The position numbers and the translations under genes were made by a program. 64,000 nt of DNA from Anaerolineae bacterium (GTDB lineage: Bacteria > Chloroflexota > Anaerolineae > JAADDB01). A model generated the notes under the pieces. That model had not been told where the DNA came from and did no database searches. It was given only the letters and a program-made list of their open reading frames with translations. This document shows, one piece after another, positions 1 through 8,847 of the stretch. Every line of letters begins with the position of its first letter. Position 1 is the stretch's first letter. The stretch is from NCBI GenBank assembly GCA_015486845.1, contig WFQU01000129.1, positions 3,955 through 67,954 of the forward strand. Direction: 5' to 3'.

Positions 1-690
1 GCCAGACCAGATAATGGCCGGATCGCCGCCTAAGGAAACTGCCACTGGCAGGCGCTCGGTACCGCTTTCCAACGCTTTGCGCTGATGCTCGGCCCCCCCC
101 TTGTGCAACTGCCAATGCATGCCCAACGTGCGGCGGTCGTGCTGTTGCAACCGATACATGCCCACATTGCGCACGCCGCTAACCGGATCCCGGGTGATGA
201 CCGTGGGCAACGTGATAAAGCGCCCACCATCCTGTGGCCAGCACTGCAGAATCGGCACTCTGTCCAAATCAATTTCGTCACCGGTATAAACGATTCCCTG
301 CACCGGCGCCCTGCGCACCATTTTCGGCTTCAGTCCCACGCTGCGCAGCGCCCCGAAAAGTTCCAGCGCTTTGCCGACCGTCGGGCCCAGCCCTTTCGGC
401 AGTTCCGGTGTGATCAGTTTGGCCAAATTGCGGTTGAGATCGTCCAGTGCTTTGACGTTGAGTGCCAGCGCCATCCTTTTTTCGTTGCCGAACATATTGG
501 TGAGCACCGGTATGTCGCCGCCGTCCACATTCTCGAACAGAAGCGCTTTATTCCGCGCTGCCGGCCCTTTGCTCACCCGGTCAGTGATGGCACTAATTTC
601 GAGCATGCTGCTGACCGGCGTCTTGACCCGAACCAACTCGCCTTCTTTTTCCAACCGACGCACGAACGCGCCCAAATTAGCGAACGCCAT
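1..690 (-). CDS. UbiD-family (4-hydroxybenzoate/prenylated-aromatic) decarboxylase, N-terminal 230 codons. The C-terminus runs off the left edge of the window.
   Basis: Reverse-complement translation from the ATG at 690..688 gives MAFANLGAFVRRLEKEGELVRV...GGRFITLPTVITRDPVSGVRNVGMYRLQ..., which carries the UbiD hallmark (GRxITLP...NxGMYR). The plus-strand ORFs 85..696 and 371..1132 in the track are its antisense shadows. The frame is open all the way to position 1. Confidence 0.7.
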   Translation of the reverse strand, partial: MAFANLGAFVRRLEKEGELVRVKTPVSSMLEISAITDRVSKGPAARNKALLFENVDGGDIPVLTNMFGNEKRMALALNVKALDDLNRNLAKLITPELPKGLGPTVGKALELFGALRSVGLKPKMVRRAPVQGIVYTGDEIDLDRVPILQCWPQDGGRFITLPTVITRDPVSGVRNVGMYRLQQHDRRTLGMHWQLHKGGAEHQRKALESGTERLPVAVSLGGDPAIIWSG

Positions 691-706
691 AGTTGATTCC
701 TTTCCG

Positions 707-2104
707 TCAGATAGCGAACCGGGTCGCGTTGGCACGGGCTTTTTCGATCTCTTGCCGGCGCTTTTCATAGCCGGAGCGCCCCAACAGCGCGTAGGTAGCG
801 ATTTTCCCCGCTTCTACCCCGGGTTGATCGAACGCGTCGATATCGTAAAGCTCGCCGCTGTATGCCGTAGCCACTTCCAGTGTGAAGAGAAGCTGTCCCA
901 AAGTATGGGCGTTCAGCTCCGGCAGGATAAAAGAGCCGTTGGCGCGCCTCGCTTCTGTCAACACAAGAGCGGTGGCGTCCCCTTCCGCCTGGAAAAGCTC
1001 GTTAAAACTGTGTTCGCCCAAATAATCGACGCCGCTTTGTCCCGTGGTCCAGCGAGGCATGGAAAGCTCATGGGCGAAACGTTCCACCCGCAGGAAAGTG
1101 ATCACTTTGTCGTACGGCCCTTCAATATATAACTGCACTTGAGAATGCTGGTCGGTGACGCCAAGCGCTTTCACCGGCGTCGGCCCGGCGAAAATCTCCT
1201 GGCCGGTGCGGTTCAGCCGCTTGCCCAACGATTCCGCCCACAATTGCCGGTACCAATCCGCCACGTCCCGCAACGCCTGGCTGTACGGCATCATCACGCT
1301 GATCGGCTTGCCCCGGCGGTAGCTGAGCCATTGCGATACCGCATAGAGCAGTGCCCGATTCTGCCAGATGTCCTCGGCTTGCGTCTCGGCGTCCGCTTGC
1401 GCCGCGCCGGCAAGTAGTGCGTCAATATCAATGCCGGCTACCGCAGCGGGGAAAAGCCCCACCGACGAAAGCACCGAAAAGCGCCCCCCGACCCCATCCG
1501 GCACGACGAAGCTGGAATAACCTTCCTGTTGTACCAGCGGCCGCAAGCTGCCTTTTCCCGCGTCGGTGGTGATCACCATCCGCTGGACGTAGCTATCTCC
1601 CAGCCGCTCTTGCAACGCATCGCGGAAAAGCAGAAATTGGCTCATGGTCTCGGCGGTGCTGCCGGATTTAGAAATGACGTTAAAGCAACTATCTTCCAGG
1701 TCAATGATGTCAAAGAAACCGGCCAACCAATCCGGGTCCACGTTGTCCAGCACGAAAAGCCGCGGCCCCGGTCGTTTTTCATCCGGCAACGTATTATGCC
1801 ACGGGTGCAGCAAGGCCGAGCGCAACGCAATACTGCCCAAAGCGCTACCGCCGATACCCAGGACAATGCAATTATGATAACGGCTGGCCATTTCCACTGC
1901 CAACTGTTTGATAGCGCCAACATTTTCCTGCTGGTATGGCAGGCCGAACCAGCGCAACCAGCCACTGCCCCGTTTGCGCTGCACATTGCGCACGGCAGAA
2001 CGCGCCCGTTCCGCCACGGCGTCGATTTCTTCCCGACGAATACCTTGTTCCTGGCCCAACTGCTCGGCCATCATATTGCTAAAATCATAAACGATACTTT
2101 TCAT
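707..2104 (-). CDS. pgi: Glucose-6-phosphate isomerase
   Basis: 465-aa ORF with the PGI family pattern (...GGRFSVLSSVGL..., sugar-isomerase domains). Confidence 0.85.
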   Translation of the reverse strand: MKSIVYDFSNMMAEQLGQEQGIRREEIDAVAERARSAVRNVQRKRGSGWLRWFGLPYQQENVGAIKQLAVEMASRYHNCIVLGIGGSALGSIALRSALLHPWHNTLPDEKRPGPRLFVLDNVDPDWLAGFFDIIDLEDSCFNVISKSGSTAETMSQFLLFRDALQERLGDSYVQRMVITTDAGKGSLRPLVQQEGYSSFVVPDGVGGRFSVLSSVGLFPAAVAGIDIDALLAGAAQADAETQAEDIWQNRALLYAVSQWLSYRRGKPISVMMPYSQALRDVADWYRQLWAESLGKRLNRTGQEIFAGPTPVKALGVTDQHSQVQLYIEGPYDKVITFLRVERFAHELSMPRWTTGQSGVDYLGEHSFNELFQAEGDATALVLTEARRANGSFILPELNAHTLGQLLFTLEVATAYSGELYDIDAFDQPGVEAGKIATYALLGRSGYEKRRQEIEKARANATRFAI

Positions 2105-2127
2105 GATCGGCTCCTCGAAATAATATA

Positions 2128-2503
2128 GAACGCTGATATCGCTGATGCATGCTGTTTCGACCGGCGATTAAAATCGCTGCTACGATTGCGAAACCTGCCT
2201 GCGCAGGTTATCTTTTAATCGCCGTAGGGCGATTTCGCAGGTGTTGCCCGCGACTTCCAATTGAACGCTGATATCGCTGATGCACGCTGTTTCGACCGGC
2301 GATTAAAATCGCTGCTACGATTGCGAGACCTGCCTGCGCAGGTTATCTTTCAATCGCCGTAGGGCGATTTCGCAGGTGTTGCCCGCGACTTCCAATTGAA
2401 CGCTGATATCGCTGATGCACGCTGTTTCGACCGGCGATTAAAATCGCTGCTACGATTGCAAAACCTGCCTGCGCAGGTTATCTTTCAATCGCCTTGGAAA
2501 AGG
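2128..2503. repeat. Tandem array of a 135-bp unit (two full copies plus about 0.8 of a third, near-identical) belonging to dispersed repeat family R1
   Basis: The unit gaacgctgatatcgctgatgcaYgctgtttcgaccggcgattaaaatcgctgctacgattgcgaRacctgcctgcgcaggttatctttYaatcgccgtagggcgatttcgcaggtgttgcccgcgacttccaatt recurs at 2128, 2263 and 2398. Each unit contains three short palindromes: gcgattaaaatcgc, acctgcctgcgcaggt and aatcgccGTAGggcgatt. Confidence 0.9.
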
Positions 2504-2509
2504 GTTCCA

Positions 2510-3463
2510 TCACGGCTTGAGCGTCGTGGCCACAATTACTTTATAGTCCAAGGGCTGGCTGATGAGTTTTTTGCTCAGCATCCAGGCGCTCACGTCTTTG
2601 ACCTCAGCCTCCGTAGGCAGTAAATTCACCGGGTAAGCCGGCACCTGATATTCCTTTTCGATGAAACCCGGCACCCGGCCTTTTTTCACCAGCAAAGGTT
2701 TGTATTTGTCGGGATGAGCATTGATCTCCGCGGATGCTTTGTACCACGCTTGCATAAATTTGGCTATATTGTGCGGCTTGGCGGCCAACGATTCAGTTCG
2801 AACAGCGAGCACAGATTGGGAAAACTGCGGATACTGGCTATCGTCCACAATCAGCTTCGCGCCTTTGGCGATAGCGCCGCTGGCCAGCGGCTCCGGCAAA
2901 GTCGCTGCAGCCACTTTGCCTTGCATCAAGAGCTCGAAACGCACCGGAATTTGCGTCACTTCGGTAATGCGAATATCCTTCGATGTCAACCCTTTCGCTT
3001 CCAACAGACGATCGGTAACATATTCGATGATAGTGTGCTGGGAAATAGCCACCGGCACGCCTTTCATAGCAGCCGGGCCGATGATATGGCCGCCGGGCGC
3101 GGCTAATATCCTGAACTGCGGCATTTTAGCCGTAGCGTGCATGAGCGTGCCGACAACTTTCAGCTTAGCTGTATCCTTATCAAACAGCCCCACGCTAATC
3201 AAATCCGTCAAAGCTCCGTCAACTTGCCCGGTCTGCAAAAGCGTGTCGCGTTCCTGGGCGCTTTTGACAAAAATCGCTTGCACTTGCAGTCCCTCGGCAG
3301 CAAAATAACCCTTATCTTGAGCCACGTAATAGGGCAGCGCGTCCATAATGGGCAATAACGCCACTTTAATGGATGTGTCTTCCTGCTTTTGACAAGCCAC
3401 CGTAGCCGGCAACAACATGGCTATAACGAGCAATAACAGCATCGAACGTTTCACGAAATACAC
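2510..3463 (-). CDS. ABC transporter periplasmic substrate-binding lipoprotein, NMT1/SsuA/TauA-like (nitrate/sulfonate/bicarbonate family)
   Basis: Signal peptide plus lipobox (LPATVAC) and an SsuA-like fold pattern. 317 aa. Confidence 0.65.
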   Translation of the reverse strand: MYFVKRSMLLLLVIAMLLPATVACQKQEDTSIKVALLPIMDALPYYVAQDKGYFAAEGLQVQAIFVKSAQERDTLLQTGQVDGALTDLISVGLFDKDTAKLKVVGTLMHATAKMPQFRILAAPGGHIIGPAAMKGVPVAISQHTIIEYVTDRLLEAKGLTSKDIRITEVTQIPVRFELLMQGKVAAATLPEPLASGAIAKGAKLIVDDSQYPQFSQSVLAVRTESLAAKPHNIAKFMQAWYKASAEINAHPDKYKPLLVKKGRVPGFIEKEYQVPAYPVNLLPTEAEVKDVSAWMLSKKLISQPLDYKVIVATTLKP

Positions 3464-3491
3464 CTTTCCTTTACAGATGCAGGCCCAAGTG

Positions 3492-4055
3492 TCACTTTCC
3501 CACCGTCACAACCAACGTGCCCTGGCTAACCTGGACTTCTTTCACTTTGAGTTCTTCGCCGCTGCCGGAAGCCAGCGCAGAGTTTAGCGCATCGGTCAAC
3601 GCCGAGCGAATCTGTGACGGGAGAGGCAGCGAGCCCAAATACGCTTCTTCGATTCTCACTTGCAAATGACCATCCTTCACAAACGGGGACAGTTTGGTGA
3701 CGACAGTGCCGTGCAAAGCGGTATTTTCCAGTTGGATATCACCCCGCAAATAAATGGCATCTGCCTCGAACCAAACGGTCGCGTTGGCCATGGGCAGATT
3801 TTTACCCGAGAGTTTGTGATGAAAATAAGAGGTCACCTCGGACTCCGTGACGGTCAGCCGGTAACTGTTGGCGCCGACTTTGTTCCAGGACTGTAGCTTT
3901 TTCTCCATGCTGGCAGCCGCTTTCTTGCTAATGGTGACTTTGCGGGCCGGGACAGTGGCTTTCGGTTTGGAACCGATAAGGCTGCACCCGGCGAAAATGA
4001 CCAGGAGTGACGCGAGAGTGACGATGACAGGGACAAAACGTTTGTGTAATCGCAT
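3492..4055 (-). CDS. Hypothetical secreted lipoprotein
   Basis: Internal start MRLHKRFVPVIVTLASLLVIFAGC (lipobox) preceded by an AAGGAG ribosome-binding site. No recognisable family. Confidence 0.45.
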   Translation of the reverse strand: MRLHKRFVPVIVTLASLLVIFAGCSLIGSKPKATVPARKVTISKKAAASMEKKLQSWNKVGANSYRLTVTESEVTSYFHHKLSGKNLPMANATVWFEADAIYLRGDIQLENTALHGTVVTKLSPFVKDGHLQVRIEEAYLGSLPLPSQIRSALTDALNSALASGSGEELKVKEVQVSQGTLVVTVGK

Positions 4056-4084
4056 GGCATGCTCCTTTTCTCTTGCCTCAGCGG

Positions 4085-4612
4085 CTACGAATGGCCGGCC
4101 GAGTCCGGTGCCCACTGTCCAATGGGCGGAAATTTATCCTCTTCGACCATCTGGATAAGTGATTGTAAACTATGCCGGGCGGCCTTGGCTAATGGCGGCG
4201 TAATCCACTTTTCGGCAATGGCTTCCTCGAATTCATCTTCATCCAAAATGTAGTAAGTGTGCCGATCCTGGCGCACCCACAAGTCCAGCTTCAAGTCGGT
4301 CACACAAAGCCGGTTCCCGCAGAAAATAGCTGGTGTGGCGATATCACAATAAAAACCGGTTAACGTTCTCTCTTTGTTATAAGTCTCGGTGATCGCGTAC
4401 CAATGATCCAGAAAGTAATAAGCCCGGCCATAATAAATATCTCCTGCTTGCGCTAACTGGATACCGTGATATTCACGCCCTGTACTTTGGTTGTGGTGTG
4501 GATAAGTCCACTCCACAACCACGTAATTGTCCTTTATCTCGATAGACGTATGGTTGCGGTAGACAACAATAATGCCAGGTAACCGGGTGTATTGAATAAA
4601 CAGATCATCCAT
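4085..4612 (-). CDS. DUF402-family protein (FomD/YgaC-like, RNase G/E-associated). The assignment is tentative.
   Basis: 175 aa. The size and aromatic-rich pattern (DHWYAITE...DLWV) recall DUF402. Confidence 0.4.
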   Translation of the reverse strand: MDDLFIQYTRLPGIIVVYRNHTSIEIKDNYVVVEWTYPHHNQSTGREYHGIQLAQAGDIYYGRAYYFLDHWYAITETYNKERTLTGFYCDIATPAIFCGNRLCVTDLKLDLWVRQDRHTYYILDEDEFEEAIAEKWITPPLAKAARHSLQSLIQMVEEDKFPPIGQWAPDSAGHS

Positions 4613-4739
4613 CTCTCTTCATTGCTCCTTGTCTGCTATCATTTTGCGCTTAGTAAATCATAAATCGGCATAAATGTCCAACACGGAGCATTTCCCCTTT
4701 AGCTATTCAACGCCTGCGAGGAGGTGCACTTCTAAACAG

Positions 4740-5016
4740 GGAGTTATCATGAGCCTATGGCACACCACAGCGGCTGAAAACGAAGCGGCTGGTGTCAAGC
4801 CTTTAGGTGGGTTGGTGGGTCTACCACCGGCTAAAGCCTCGATGCCGGTACGGTGGCGGGGTACGTCAAAGTTGCGTCCGCTGCCAAAAGGCTGCTCAAC
4901 ACTAGCCCCCTTTCAGGGGGCTTCTTGGCGACGTAGCACGGGGATTTGACCCCCGTGCGCTCGGGCGGAGAACGCTGTCGATTAGAAGTTCAACTTCTCG
5001 CAGAAGTTGAACTTCT
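4740..5016 (+). repeat. Composite dispersed repeat made of module S (gagttatcATGagcctRYggcRcaccacagcggMtgaaaa), the 200-bp module R2 and the terminal palindromic hairpin H
   Basis: About 85 to 90 percent identical to the copies at 22210..22400 and 50211..50471, and to the inverted copy at 16014..16200. It ends with GAAGTTCAACTTCTcgcAGAAGTTGAACTTC at 4985..5015. The track ORF 4674..4949 lies inside this repeat and is probably spurious. Confidence 0.85.
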
Positions 5017-5059
5017 TAAAGATACTCTGCGCCTTTGCGCCGCTGCGTCAACTGATTTT

Positions 5060-5150
5060 CAAGGGAGTTATCATGAGCCTACGGCGCACCACAGCGGATG
5101 AAAATTAAGATCAGCGTGCATCAGCGTTAATCTGCGTTCTATTTTCAGAG
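5060..5150 (+). repeat. Second, shorter repeat block: module S followed by leader module L' (gatcagcgtgcatcagcgttaatctgcgttctattttcagaggag)
   Basis: Same motif set as 50527..50590, 25390..25435 and 45308..45335. Confidence 0.8.
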
Positions 5151-5190
5151 GAGATAATTCTTGGATGCTTACCAAGACAGTTTTGGGCCG

Positions 5191-5490
5191 TTATAGCATC
5201 TCAATCTGTGTATTCACGATTTCCGCATCTACGCGCCATGCTTCCAGCGCGTTCAGTGCCTTTTGGAGTAAGCCCTCGGCGTAGCGGTGATCATTGCTAA
5301 TGCAAACTAAACCTAAAAGTGCTTGCTGAGGACGATCCAAATAGCCCACTTCGGCAGCAGCCAGGTTAAATTGGTTGTGCAGCCGGGTTAGCACCGATTT
5401 TACCAGACGCCGTTTTGTCTTCAGGGAATGGCTATAAGCGATATAAAGTTCCACGGTGGCCAAGCCAATGACTATTTGTGTGCCGTCCAT
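5191..5490 (-). CDS. DUF503-family protein (YlxP-like)
   Basis: 99 aa with the typical DUF503 pattern (LELYIAYSHSLKTKRRLVKSV...). Confidence 0.6.
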   Translation of the reverse strand: MDGTQIVIGLATVELYIAYSHSLKTKRRLVKSVLTRLHNQFNLAAAEVGYLDRPQQALLGLVCISNDHRYAEGLLQKALNALEAWRVDAEIVNTQIEML

Positions 5491-6287
5491 GCCTCATTCC
5501 CGTAGCGTTGTTCCTGAATTTCCCGGGCTAGAGCAATTTCAGGCTCACTTAATGCCTCCTGGTGCAGTTGGATATCCAGGGCTCGCTTGAAACCATCGGC
5601 CAGCGCAGCTGTGGCTTTTGTCCAACTAACAGGCCGGCCCAAAGTTTCTCGCAAAGTGGTTGCCCGGTGCAATAACCGGCGTCGCAGCATTTCCCGTTCT
5701 GCCGCGGGGAGCGCCAAATAACGAGTCAGCCGGGTGACGTCGCCACGCAGCGGCAAAGCACCGTGCTGCAATACCCAGTCCCGGCGCCTGGTCTGGGCGC
5801 TGCCGATGAGCTTGCGTCCCTGTGCGTCGATGATCTCGTAAGCAGAAGGCACCTCGAAACAGACAGCGCTCACATCGGACGGTGTGCGGCTCTCCCCCGG
5901 GGCCTCTTCCACCGACACGCCCAACTGCCGTAGCCCCAACAACAAACCCTGGCTGATCTGCAGGTAGACATCCAGCACATTGCCCTGCAGCAGAGGGTGA
6001 CCAGTCGGTCCGGCCACGCTGTAAGTCAGTTCGTCCGTGTGCAAAATGGCCCGGCCGCCAGTGGGCCGACGCACCACATCGATCCCATCGCGCCGGCAAG
6101 CCGCCCTATCGATTTCCGCCACCGGCTGGTGCCGCCCCAACGAAACGCATGCCGGCCGCCAGGCATAGAAACGAAGGGTCGGCGGCACAGCACCGGAAGC
6201 CGTCTGCTGAGCAATAGCTTCATCGACCGCCATGTTCCAACTTCCGCTCTGCGGATTAGATTGTATGATTAACCGCCATCTGTCCAT
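5472..6287 (-). CDS. Lipoate-protein ligase / octanoyltransferase family protein (BPL/LPL catalytic domain)
   Basis: LplA/LipB-like catalytic-domain pattern (RRPTGGRAILH...). It overlaps the DUF503 gene by 19 nt. The true start may be the internal Met at about 6233. Confidence 0.65.
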   Translation of the reverse strand: MDRWRLIIQSNPQSGSWNMAVDEAIAQQTASGAVPPTLRFYAWRPACVSLGRHQPVAEIDRAACRRDGIDVVRRPTGGRAILHTDELTYSVAGPTGHPLLQGNVLDVYLQISQGLLLGLRQLGVSVEEAPGESRTPSDVSAVCFEVPSAYEIIDAQGRKLIGSAQTRRRDWVLQHGALPLRGDVTRLTRYLALPAAEREMLRRRLLHRATTLRETLGRPVSWTKATAALADGFKRALDIQLHQEALSEPEIALAREIQEQRYGNEAWTAHK

Positions 6288-6389
6288 TGCTCTTCACCCG
6301 AAATGCATAACTGTAGTATAATCCAACATGTTTCGCTCGACGTCGAGCGCTTTGTCCTGTTTCCCCCATAGACATTCACCTGAGCACGA

Positions 6390-7562
6390 ATGGAGGTTAC
6401 CATGACACGCAGTCGCTTGGAATTAGAAGAATACGAGCAACGTTCCTTAGCTCCTTATGCCATGAAAAGCAGCGAAAGTCAAGGACGGCGCTATCCGGAC
6501 GACGAAGACGCCTTCCGGTCACGCTTCCAGAAGGATCGCGATCGTATCATTCACACCACCGCTTTCCGCCGGCTGGCGTACAAAACACAAGTGTTTGTCT
6601 ATTACGAAGGCGATCACTACCGCACTCGCCTAACCCATTCCATTGAAGTCGCCCAAATCGGGACCTCACTGGCCCGCGCTTTACGCTGCAATGAGGATTT
6701 AACGGAAGCGATCTGCCTGGCCCACGATTTAGGCCATCCGCCTTTCGGGCACACCGGGGAAGGGGCGCTAAACGAGCTGATGGCCGGCCATGGCGGCTTC
6801 GATCACCAGCGGCAGACCATGCGCATCCTGGAAAAACTGGAAGTCGCCTACCCTGACTTTCCCGGCCTAAATCTGACCTACGAAGTGCGGGAAGGCTTGG
6901 TCAAGCACGATACGGATTACGATGTGACCAATGCCCATGGCTACGAACCGGACAAAGCCGGCACCTTGGAATGTCAGTTGGCTAATTTAGCGGACGAAAT
7001 TGCTTACAACACGAGCGATTTAGACGATGGTCTGCGCAGCGATGTATTGCATTTAGAAGAAGTCGCTCAGCTCACACTTTGGCAGGATGCACTACGATCT
7101 TTGGGCATGTCGGAAATCACGCATTTGAATCACTTGCTGCGGGCGCGCATCATCCGTCGTCTGGTAAGTTTCGAGATTAACGATGCGATTCAGGCTACGG
7201 CAGCAGCGCTGACCCACTATGATATCCATTCGTTGGCAGACTTGCGCAACCAGAAAGAAAATACAGCCCGGTTCTCCGGGCCCATGGAGAGCAAAAACCG
7301 CCAGCTCAAAGCATTCTTGATGGAAAAATTCTACCACCACTATCGCGTCATGCGCATGGCCACCAAAGCGCAGCGGGTGCTGAATGATCTTTTCAACGCG
7401 TATGTGAGCGACCCACGACAGCTGCCGCCAGAAACACAAGCCAAGTTCGCCTGTGAGCCCGGCGGCGTAGAAAGAGTGATCTGCGATTACATTGCCGGTA
7501 TGACTGATCGTTACGCTTTGGAGGAACACCAGAAACTATTCGATCCTACAGTGCGCGTGTGA
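6390..7562 (+). CDS. dgt: dGTP triphosphohydrolase-like HD-domain protein
   Basis: HD motif (HSIEVAQIG...HDLGHPPFGH) with the typical dGTPase N- and C-terminal regions. 390 aa. Confidence 0.8.
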   Translation: MEVTMTRSRLELEEYEQRSLAPYAMKSSESQGRRYPDDEDAFRSRFQKDRDRIIHTTAFRRLAYKTQVFVYYEGDHYRTRLTHSIEVAQIGTSLARALRCNEDLTEAICLAHDLGHPPFGHTGEGALNELMAGHGGFDHQRQTMRILEKLEVAYPDFPGLNLTYEVREGLVKHDTDYDVTNAHGYEPDKAGTLECQLANLADEIAYNTSDLDDGLRSDVLHLEEVAQLTLWQDALRSLGMSEITHLNHLLRARIIRRLVSFEINDAIQATAAALTHYDIHSLADLRNQKENTARFSGPMESKNRQLKAFLMEKFYHHYRVMRMATKAQRVLNDLFNAYVSDPRQLPPETQAKFACEPGGVERVICDYIAGMTDRYALEEHQKLFDPTVRV

Positions 7563-7677
7563 TGCGTGTTACGCAGAGAGGGCTTTAGGAAATAAGCCAT
7601 GTTGTAACCTTTATGCGCTTTTTGCATCACATTAAAAGATGTACCCTATGTTCTTTTACGTGGGGAGAGATATATGT

Positions 7678-7709
7678 CATGCGGGAAAGAGATACACCTT
7701 TCCCGCATG
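7678..7709. other. Perfect 12-bp-stem hairpin (CATGCGGGAAAG agatacac CTTTCCCGCATG) in the dgt-trxB spacer
   Basis: Seen directly in the sequence. There is no T-tract after it, so it is more likely regulatory or structural than an intrinsic terminator. Confidence 0.4.
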
Positions 7710-7811
7710 GTACGTCTTGGCAACATAAAAATGTAGATGAGGGAAATAGCTGTGGAATTTTCACTGTTTGGTACAACAGAAGAAACTAACCAGGATGTAA
7801 AACCGACGGAA

Positions 7812-8756
7812 ATGAAGCCGGAGCCGGATATTCGCAATGTCATTGTCATCGGGTCGGGGCCGGCCGGTTTGGCTGCCGGCTTATATACCGCCCGTGCACA
7901 TTTAGAGCCCCTTTTACTAACAGGCAACGATATTGGCGGCCAAGTCTCGCTGACCTCGGAAGTCGAGAACTATCCCGGCTTCCCGGCAAGCATCACGGGG
8001 CCAGAACTCGTGCAAAAGATGCAAGAGCAAGCAGAGAAATTCGGTGTTGATGTGCGCATCGACACCGTAACAGATGCCAATTTGGACGTCTATCCATTTG
8101 AATTAACAACTTATGAAGGCACTTACAAAACAAAAGCTTTGGTAATTGCCACCGGTGCTACGCCACGTAAACTCGACGTTCCCGGCGAGGAACGGTTAAT
8201 CGGTCGTGGCGTTTCTTACTGTGCGACGTGCGACGGCTGGTTTTTCAACGGCAAAGAGGTCGTGGTGGTCGGAGGCGGGGATAGTGCGTTAGAAGAAGGT
8301 CTTTTTCTGACCCGATTCGCCTCTAAAGTTACCATCATTCACCGACGAGACAAACTGCGGGCCGGCAAAACACTGCAAAAGCGCGCCTTCAATAATGATA
8401 AGATCGCATTCATCTGGAACTCAGTCGTGGAAGAAATTATCGGCGACGAAAAAGTATCCGGCGTGCGGCTGCACAACAAGGTCACCGGGGAAGATTCTGT
8501 GTTCTCCACGGATGGCGTTTTCATTTTCATTGGGCACACGCCGAATTCGCAGCTTTTCCAGGAACAATTAGAGGTCGATGAACACGGATACTTAGTTGTC
8601 GATAGACATTACAGCACCAGTAAGGAAGGGGTCTGGGCCGCCGGCGAAATTGCTGATTCGACTTTCCGGCAGGTGGTCACCTCGGCCGGCATGGGTGCTT
8701 CGGCTGCGATCATGGTAGAACGCTGGTTGGGCGAGAAAGCGGCTGAAGAAGCATAA
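7812..8756 (+). CDS. trxB: Thioredoxin-disulfide reductase
   Basis: FAD-binding GSGPAG motif, redox-active CATCDG, and an NADPH-binding motif. The start was chosen at MKPEPDIRNVIVIGSGPAG. The annotated upstream ATG at 7737 or a GTG at 7752 are also possible. Confidence 0.85.
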   Translation: MKPEPDIRNVIVIGSGPAGLAAGLYTARAHLEPLLLTGNDIGGQVSLTSEVENYPGFPASITGPELVQKMQEQAEKFGVDVRIDTVTDANLDVYPFELTTYEGTYKTKALVIATGATPRKLDVPGEERLIGRGVSYCATCDGWFFNGKEVVVVGGGDSALEEGLFLTRFASKVTIIHRRDKLRAGKTLQKRAFNNDKIAFIWNSVVEEIIGDEKVSGVRLHNKVTGEDSVFSTDGVFIFIGHTPNSQLFQEQLEVDEHGYLVVDRHYSTSKEGVWAAGEIADSTFRQVVTSAGMGASAAIMVERWLGEKAAEEA

Positions 8757-8784
8757 AGCCGCTTTTCTATAGCCGCTACACCAA

Positions 8785-8822
8785 AAAGAGGCAGGTCTCC
8801 GTCGACGGAGACCTGCCTCTTT
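8785..8822. terminator. Perfect 38-bp palindrome (AAAGAGGCAGGTCTCCGTCGACGGAGACCTGCCTCTTT), a likely bidirectional terminator between the convergent genes trxB (+) and kbl-like (-)
   Basis: The palindrome is seen directly. It is flanked by A and T runs on both sides, as expected for convergent transcripts. Confidence 0.6.
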
Positions 8823-8847
8823 CAGTTAGAAATTCAACTTCTGAGCA

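Noticed and set aside
85-1132. Plus-strand ORFs 85..696 and 371..1132 in the track
   Set aside because: They are antisense to a much better-supported UbiD-family reading frame (minus strand 690..1) and to pgi. They are the typical long spurious ORFs of high-GC antisense strands, with no family resemblance.
2128-2503. Possible CRISPR array
   Set aside because: The units are 135 bp and contiguous with no unique spacers, and there are no cas genes. This is a tandem repeat and not a CRISPR.
4674-4949. 91-aa ORF and other ORFs at 15864..16226, 22089..22494 and 50167..50585 inside repeat clusters
   Set aside because: These lie wholly inside dispersed repeat modules. The corresponding ORFs differ in frame and length between repeat copies (for example 10-aa and 19-aa versions at 5072 and 50559), so the conservation is at the nucleotide or structure level and not protein-coding.
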